From Dictyostelium discoideum (lineage: Eukaryota), in the NCBI GenBank assembly GCA_000004695.1, contig CM000152.2:3616001-3680000 (forward strand): DNA of 64,000 nucleotides, in the 5' to 3' direction. Made by a program: the position numbers and the translations under genes. Every line of letters starts with the position of its first letter. Within the stretch, counting starts at the first letter, position 1. Below are positions 57,590 through 64,000 of this stretch, in pieces. The notes below the pieces were generated by a model. That model ran no database searches, was not told the origin of the DNA, and saw only the letters and a program-made list of their open reading frames with translations.

Positions 57590-57900
57590 TTTTATGTCCA
57601 CATAAAAAATGAAAATACACAAGAGAATGGATACAGTTGTTGTAGAATTTTAAAAAATGAAAAGACAAAAAATAAAAATACCATACAAATTAGATGTATA
57701 GAAGTGGGTGTGGTGGTGGTAAGTGTGGGTGTAGTGGCGGTAAGTGTGGGTTTTTATAATTTAGTAACATAAAAAAAAAAAAAATGTGGTGGTAATAGTG
57801 AGAATTTTTTTTTTTTCTTTCGAAAATGAAACGACACAAGAGAATGAATACAATTTTAGTTTTTTTTTGTTTAAAAAATGAAAAGACACAACACATTTGG
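57590..57900. repeat. Two ~75-bp direct repeats flanking a G/T-rich 45-bp block
   Basis: aaaatgaaaatacacaagagaatggatacag...ttaaaaaatgaaaagacaaaaaat and cgaaaatgaaacgacacaagagaatgaatacaatt...ttaaaaaatgaaaagacacaacac. The spacer is gggtgtggtggtggtaagtgtgggtgtagtggcggtaagtgtggg. Confidence 0.45.
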
Positions 57901-58093
57901 TGCGTATGGAATGTGTGTTTTTTTAAAAAATAATTTTTACCATTTTTATTTATTTTTTTTATTTTTTTATTTTTTTATTTTATATTAATAAATAAAGTTG
58001 AGTTAATTTTAATTAATTACCATTCTAAAAACTATAGGAAATTTTAAAGAGTTAAAGAAAATATGCTTAACAATTTAAAAAATTACAAATGAT

Positions 58094-58133
<40 letters not shown>

Positions 58134-58485
58134 AAATTGTTTTTATTTAAAAATTAGAATAAAAAAAAAAATATCTTGGAATGATATCAAATCTGATTTC
58201 GAAATTTTTTTTTTTTTTTTTTTTTTATTTTTTTATTTTTTTTTTATTTTTTTTTTTTTTATTTTATTAAATTTTCATTTTTTTCATTTTTTTTTTTCCC
58301 ATACCACTTTTTCTTTATTTTTTTTTTTACAAGAGAATTTTTAATTTCATCATCAACAATAACCAGATCATCACCGCCACCAACACACCATCATTTCAAT
58401 CATTGGAAAATGGAGATAAAGTAATTTTATTGATGACATCAATTTCAGAAGAAGATAAAAAAGAAAACAAAATATAAAACAACTA

Positions 58486-58519
58486 AAAAAATGGGTACCA
58501 AATCATTTAGAGGTAAGTT

Positions 58520-58559
<40 letters not shown>

Positions 58560-58810
58560 AAAAAATATAAATAAATATTATCTATAGAAATAATTAATTT
58601 TTACTAATATTTTTTTTTTTTTTTTTTTTTTTTTCTTAAAGATTTAATTTTATTTTAGAATTACAGAAGCATTAAGAGCAAGTGGTTAGGTTTGTGCTGC
58701 CATTGATTCTGTTATTCGTTCTGGGTACACTCGTGCTTTTATGCCATTCGTCCACCTGCTCACAATGCTGGTCATTATTGTAGCCTACTGGCTGCTTTTT
58801 TGGAAGTAGT
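58486..58810 (+). CDS. Possible small tail-anchored membrane protein. The exon structure is unresolved.
   Basis: ATGGGTACCAAATCATTTAGAG|gtaagt (MGTKSFR) at 58486. GC-richer downstream block: ...EALRASG, then an in-frame TAG, then VCAAIDSVIRSGYTRAFMPFVHLLTMLVIIVAYWLLFWK*. A consistent splice path that avoids the TAG was not found. Confidence 0.2.
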
Positions 58811-59479
58811 TCAAATAGTAGTATTCAAACCGATCATCAACAAATTAATCACAATAATATAATACTAATAATAGTAATAATGGTAATAATAATATATTAT
58901 AATAATATAATTTTAATATTTATTTTTTTATTTTTATTATTATTATTAAAAAAAAAAAATAATAAAAAATAATAAAGTTATGTCCAAAGATTAGTAAAGG
59001 ATTAAATTGTTACTTTGGAGAATGTCATATAGTTGATAATAAAACCATTGTTTTAGTATTTGGTTGATCAAATGTAATAATATTTCCACGAAAGCTTCAG
59101 TGGTGGAAGCAATATGAGTTGTAGCAGCTTCGGTGGCAGAACATTCAATGGTGAAACATCAACAAATCAAACAGATGTCGACAGTGAATACAATTTCAAT
59201 CATTTATTATTATATCAATTTGTTGTAATTTAGGATTATTCAACGCAACAGTTTCAAATTAACACAACCAATTTATAGAACTGATTTCAATCCAGTTTTG
59301 TATCAACTCTCGATATTTAGATTCATTCAATACTGCAAAACGAAGTGATGATTCACTACCAGGTCGACTCAACAGGTTAATTCTGTTTCAAATTAACATA
59401 ATCAAATCCAACAACAGCAACAACAACTACAGGAAATACAACAGCAACAACAACTTCAGCAACAATTTATTATTTAACT

Positions 59480-60298
<819 letters not shown>

Positions 60299-60593
60299 AA
60301 ATAAATTATCTAAATTTAGAATATATATATAAATAATAATAATAATTCTTTTTTAAATCTGAAAATTAATATTACTTTCTTTTTAATTAAAATTACCTTT
60401 TTTTATTAATTTTAAACAAATTAAAACTATAATCAATATTAAAATAAAAAAAAGTAATATTGAAACTCAACAAAATTAAAGTAATAAAATATAAAATTAA
60501 AATGAAAGAGATATGATTTATTTTTTTATTATTTTTTTCATTTATTTTTAAAGATTAATAATTACATTTGGTTGAATTATTATTTATAAATAA

Positions 60594-61598
60594 TTACAAT
60601 TTTCTAAACTCTTTAGCATCATTTCTTTCTTCTAATTCCAACATATCAAGTATTTCTTGAGGTAATGGTACTGATTGTGCTTCTTCATAAATATGAGGTA
60701 ATTGTAGTGGTGCTTGTGGTTGAAGGCTTTTTATTGTTGATGTTTTTGTGGTTGTTGTTGTTGTTGTTAGTGGTCTTGGTGATGATGATGATGATGATGA
60801 TGATGATGGTTCATCAGAGTTTGGGTAATATGGTGTTGGTGAATATGGTTCAAAACTATTTGAATTCGATGTTTGTTGTTGTTGTTGTAATGGAGGTGGA
60901 TAATATTGACTATAAGATGTTGGTGGTGCTGATGGTTTTGGTGAATTTGGTTCAAAACGATTTGAATTTGATGTTTGTTGTTGTTGTTGTTGTGATGAAG
61001 GTGGATAATATTGTGAATTGTCAGCAATAGTTAAGGTTGGTTCAACTTCTGTTTCACTATTTGAAATTCTTTGAATTGTTGTTGGGAATGATATTTTTAT
61101 ATAATATTTATAGTAATTATTAACAAGTTCACGTTCAAATTTCCATACAATTCCTCTTGGGCCATAATGTCTATTTACCTCTATTAAGAACGTTTTTATA
61201 TTATTCTTATATATTGCAGCTGAAATACAAAATGAGCATGATAATAAAATAGTTCCAATTATTGAAAGCATTGATCCAAGTATAATCAATGCAAGACTAA
61301 TTTTTCTTTTTTCTTCAGATTCTTTGGTTACCATTATATATTCTTCATAATTTTCATCAAGTTTCCAAGTATTATCAAATTTCAAAACTGAACCTGCAAC
61401 AACCATTCCTAAACCACCAAACAAAATTATAATAAAAAAAAAAAATTTATAATTGAATGAATTAAATGTGTTTAATTTTTTAATAATTAATAAATATTCT
61501 CTTTTATTTATTACTCCTTCTAATCTAGTTTGATATTCTTCAATGAATTTATTATTTGTTTTTGCCACCCCTGTCTGAGATATTCTGATTTGTTCCAT
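60594..61598 (-). CDS. Hypothetical two-TM membrane protein with a Pro/Tyr/Gln-rich tail (YYPP and PPxY-like repeats), 334 aa
   Basis: ATG at 61598. TM helices FFFFIIILFGGLGMVVAGSVL and ISLALIILGSMLSIIGTILLS. Tail with repeated SQYYPP...QQQQQTSNSNxFEP units. Confidence 0.5.
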   Translation of the reverse strand: MEQIRISQTGVAKTNNKFIEEYQTRLEGVINKREYLLIIKKLNTFNSFNYKFFFFIIILFGGLGMVVAGSVLKFDNTWKLDENYEEYIMVTKESEEKRKISLALIILGSMLSIIGTILLSCSFCISAAIYKNNIKTFLIEVNRHYGPRGIVWKFERELVNNYYKYYIKISFPTTIQRISNSETEVEPTLTIADNSQYYPPSSQQQQQQTSNSNRFEPNSPKPSAPPTSYSQYYPPPLQQQQQTSNSNSFEPYSPTPYYPNSDEPSSSSSSSSSPRPLTTTTTTTKTSTIKSLQPQAPLQLPHIYEEAQSVPLPQEILDMLELEERNDAKEFRKL

Positions 61599-63299
61599 TA
61601 CAATTTTTTTTTTTTTTTTTTTTTTAGATAAACAATATCTCCTCTTTTTTTTTATTGTTATTTAAATTCAGAACATTTTGTTTTTTGTTGGTGTTTTTTT
61701 TGTTTTTAATAAAAAAAAAAAAAATTAAGAAAAAAAAAAAGAAAAAAAAAAAACAGAAAAAAAATAGTCCCCAAAACTCAAGACTGGTCTGAAAGTCAAC
61801 TTTTTTTTATTTTGTTGTCATTTGATTCATTTCTTTGAATACAATTTTTTTTTTCCTTCCAAAAAAAAAAATAAAAAAAAAAAAAAAAAAAATAAAAAAA
61901 AAAATAAAAAAATAAAAAATTAATTCAAATCAGGAGTGACAGATATTTTTTTTTTACGATATTTTTAAATTCGAACTATTAAATTTTTAGTTTTTCAATA
62001 AAATTTAATCACCATGTTCGCAAATTTTTTATTTTTTTTATTTATTTATTTTTTAAGGTTTGGGTTAGAAATTAATTTGGGAAAAGGAATTTAAAGAGAA
62101 TTCTGTAGAATTTAATGAATGGGTACGTTTGTATTTGTGCTGTCTGAGTATAAAATCAATGTATTCGTATTAGTCTTTCTGTCGTGTATCTTTCATCGCC
62201 AAAAACGTGATAATACTATGGTTGAACAGTTTGATTTGATAAATGTAAATTTGAAACCTGTCTGTATAAACATGGTTGAATTCACATCTGATAAATCGAC
62301 TTTTAAACCACATGGAAATGACTTGGACCCAATGGATAGAGATTTCCTCCAACGGTAAATCTTTGAAACTCCAACTATGATTAACATTAAAAAATTGAGC
62401 ATCTTAAAATATACTACTACTACTACACTACTACTACAACTATATCTATATTTTCTCTAATTATACCACTACCAATACTATTTCCATCAATTGAATTAAA
62501 ATTTGTTTGTGTGCTTGGGACTACACTATATTAGTTTGATTGCTTTACCCAATCATTTTTCCAGAGTCAACATTGACCTCCATGAGTTTTGTGAGGGCTA
62601 AAATCGTTCTCTTGATATTATGAGAGAAATTTTGAAGATGAAGTTATAATAGAGTTTACTAATGCGTTTAATATCTGTGTTTGAGATTGGGGTTAGTTTG
62701 AGGTGAGAGGATTGTAGTTTTACCAAATATATTGTTAAAGTAGTTGAATTTGTTTAGTGTGGTGATGGAAATGTAAATGATTATATTGTTGATTGAGGTG
62801 GAATCTGTTGAGTTTGAGACAACTGCAGAATTGGTCCATTGGTTTTTTTATTTTATTTTTTTAAATGTTTTATTTTTTACAAAGGTTGTAATTAATATAT
62901 TTAAAATGTTATTATTTGTTATTATTATTAGACAAAAGAAAAAATTTTAAAAAAAAAAAAAAAAAGTTTTAAAATATAAAAAAAAAAAAAAAATTTGGCT
63001 CCAAACTTAAAAGAAAATTACTATTTAATTTTGACTATTTAAAATTAGTTTTTGTTTTGTTAAATAGATTGTTTTATAATTATAAAAAAAAAAAAAAATA
63101 ATTTTAGTGTATTTTTATTTTTTGCTCTGCTCGTGTATTTGTAAAAAATTCGGCAGTCTAAAATTCACGAGCAAATAATAAAAAAAAAAAATAATAAACG
63201 TAAACAATTATTAATAAAAAAAAAAAAAAAAAAAAAAGATTTTGTTTGTGGTAAATTAATATTTTTTTATTTTTTTTATTATTATATTTTTATTATTAT

Positions 63300-63411
63300 T
63301 ATTTATTTAATGAATGATTTGATTTGATTTGGTTTGGATTTTTTTTTGCCAAGTGGGAAGTGAAAAATTTTTCACCAAGCAGGGAAAAATAGAGTTTTTT
63401 TTTCCATGAAG
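63300..63411 (-). repeat. Inverted copy of the flank at 7941-8060
   Basis: See 7941-8060. Confidence 0.55.
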
Positions 63412-63635
63412 TTAGGAAACAGGAATGTTTAATTTCTTGTAACACAATCTTTGCAAGTATTTACTACCAACACACAAGTCACAATTATTATTTTTACAAT
63501 AATAATTATTACACATTTCAATTTTATTTCTTGTATCATTATTATCGATTTCAAAATCGATTGAATTATAACAATTAAAATTATTATTATTATTATTATC
63601 ATTATCAATATCAATATCATTATTATTATTATTAA

Positions 63636-63688
<53 letters not shown>

Positions 63689-63707
63689 TTAGTATTATTA
63701 TTATTAC

Positions 63708-63768
<61 letters not shown>

Positions 63769-63774
63769 ATTATA

Positions 63775-63834
<60 letters not shown>

Positions 63835-63858
63835 ATTATTATTATTGGACTTTATCAT
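63412..63858 (-). CDS. Poly-Asn protein with a C-terminal Cys motif (FNCYNS...CNNYYCKNNNCDLCVGSKYLQRLCYKKLNIPVS). The terminal exon or whole gene may extend beyond the window.
   Basis: First ATG at 63858 (MIKSNNNNYNNNN...). The C-terminal 55 aa are conserved with the degenerate copy at 7680-7940. Confidence 0.4.
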
Positions 63859-63898
63859 GTTCGTATATTTACCCAAAAATTAGTATTTTATATTTAAG

Positions 63899-63934
<36 letters not shown>

Positions 63935-64000
63935 ATTGATTTAAATATTTTAATTACCTCTTTTGTAATTTGGAAAGAACAGTTATCTAAATTATTTGGT

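Noticed and set aside
57700-57745. GGTAAGTGTGGG repeats as telomere-like sequence
   Set aside because: There are only two copies, the location is internal, and Dictyostelium chromosome ends are rDNA-derived rather than simple G-rich repeats.

Overview
This window is eukaryotic, not prokaryotic. It is about 75-80% A+T, with long poly(A)/poly(T) tracts, (AAT)n runs coding poly-Asn inside genes, and short AT-rich introns of the GTAAGT...AG type. All of this is typical of the Dictyostelium discoideum nuclear genome. Many 'M' starts in the ORF track are actually TTG or GTG, so I re-derived ATG starts and splice sites by eye. Major content, left to right: (1) A cluster of small genes at 0-6.5 kb, including a bacterial-type HicA (YcfA) toxin-like ORF and a three-member paralogous small-protein family. 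(2) A divergently transcribed pair of IPT/TIG single-pass membrane protein genes at 14.7-20.9 kb, which I read as the tgrC1/tgrB1-type (tiger) allorecognition pair with a shared ~520-bp promoter. They are followed by rearranged, degenerate second copies: a tgrB-like 5' fragment at 24.96-26.04 kb and an internally deleted tgrC-like copy at 28.1-29.2 kb. Three ARF-GTPase pseudogene copies with conserved flanks are interleaved with these. (3) A small EF-1beta GEF-domain ORF. (4) A 2373-aa CHD chromodomain-helicase (SNF2) gene whose true start is a 39-nt first exon upstream of a 155-bp intron; it is possibly chdB. (5) A cytochrome-b5-domain protein. (6) A mini SP-RING protein whose first exon is only ATG. 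(7) A 6-exon gene encoding an unknown N-terminal domain, then MORN repeats, then an AIG1/GIMAP-like GTPase. (8) A Ser/Thr kinase gene with two exons. (9) Inverted segmental duplications near both ends of the window (7.7-9.0 kb versus 59.5-63.9 kb), carrying actin pseudogene fragments and a poly-Asn/Cys-motif gene. Exact coordinates are given for every splice I could phase-check. Domain calls are inferred from motifs I recognised by eye, and paralog and symbol assignments are tentative.
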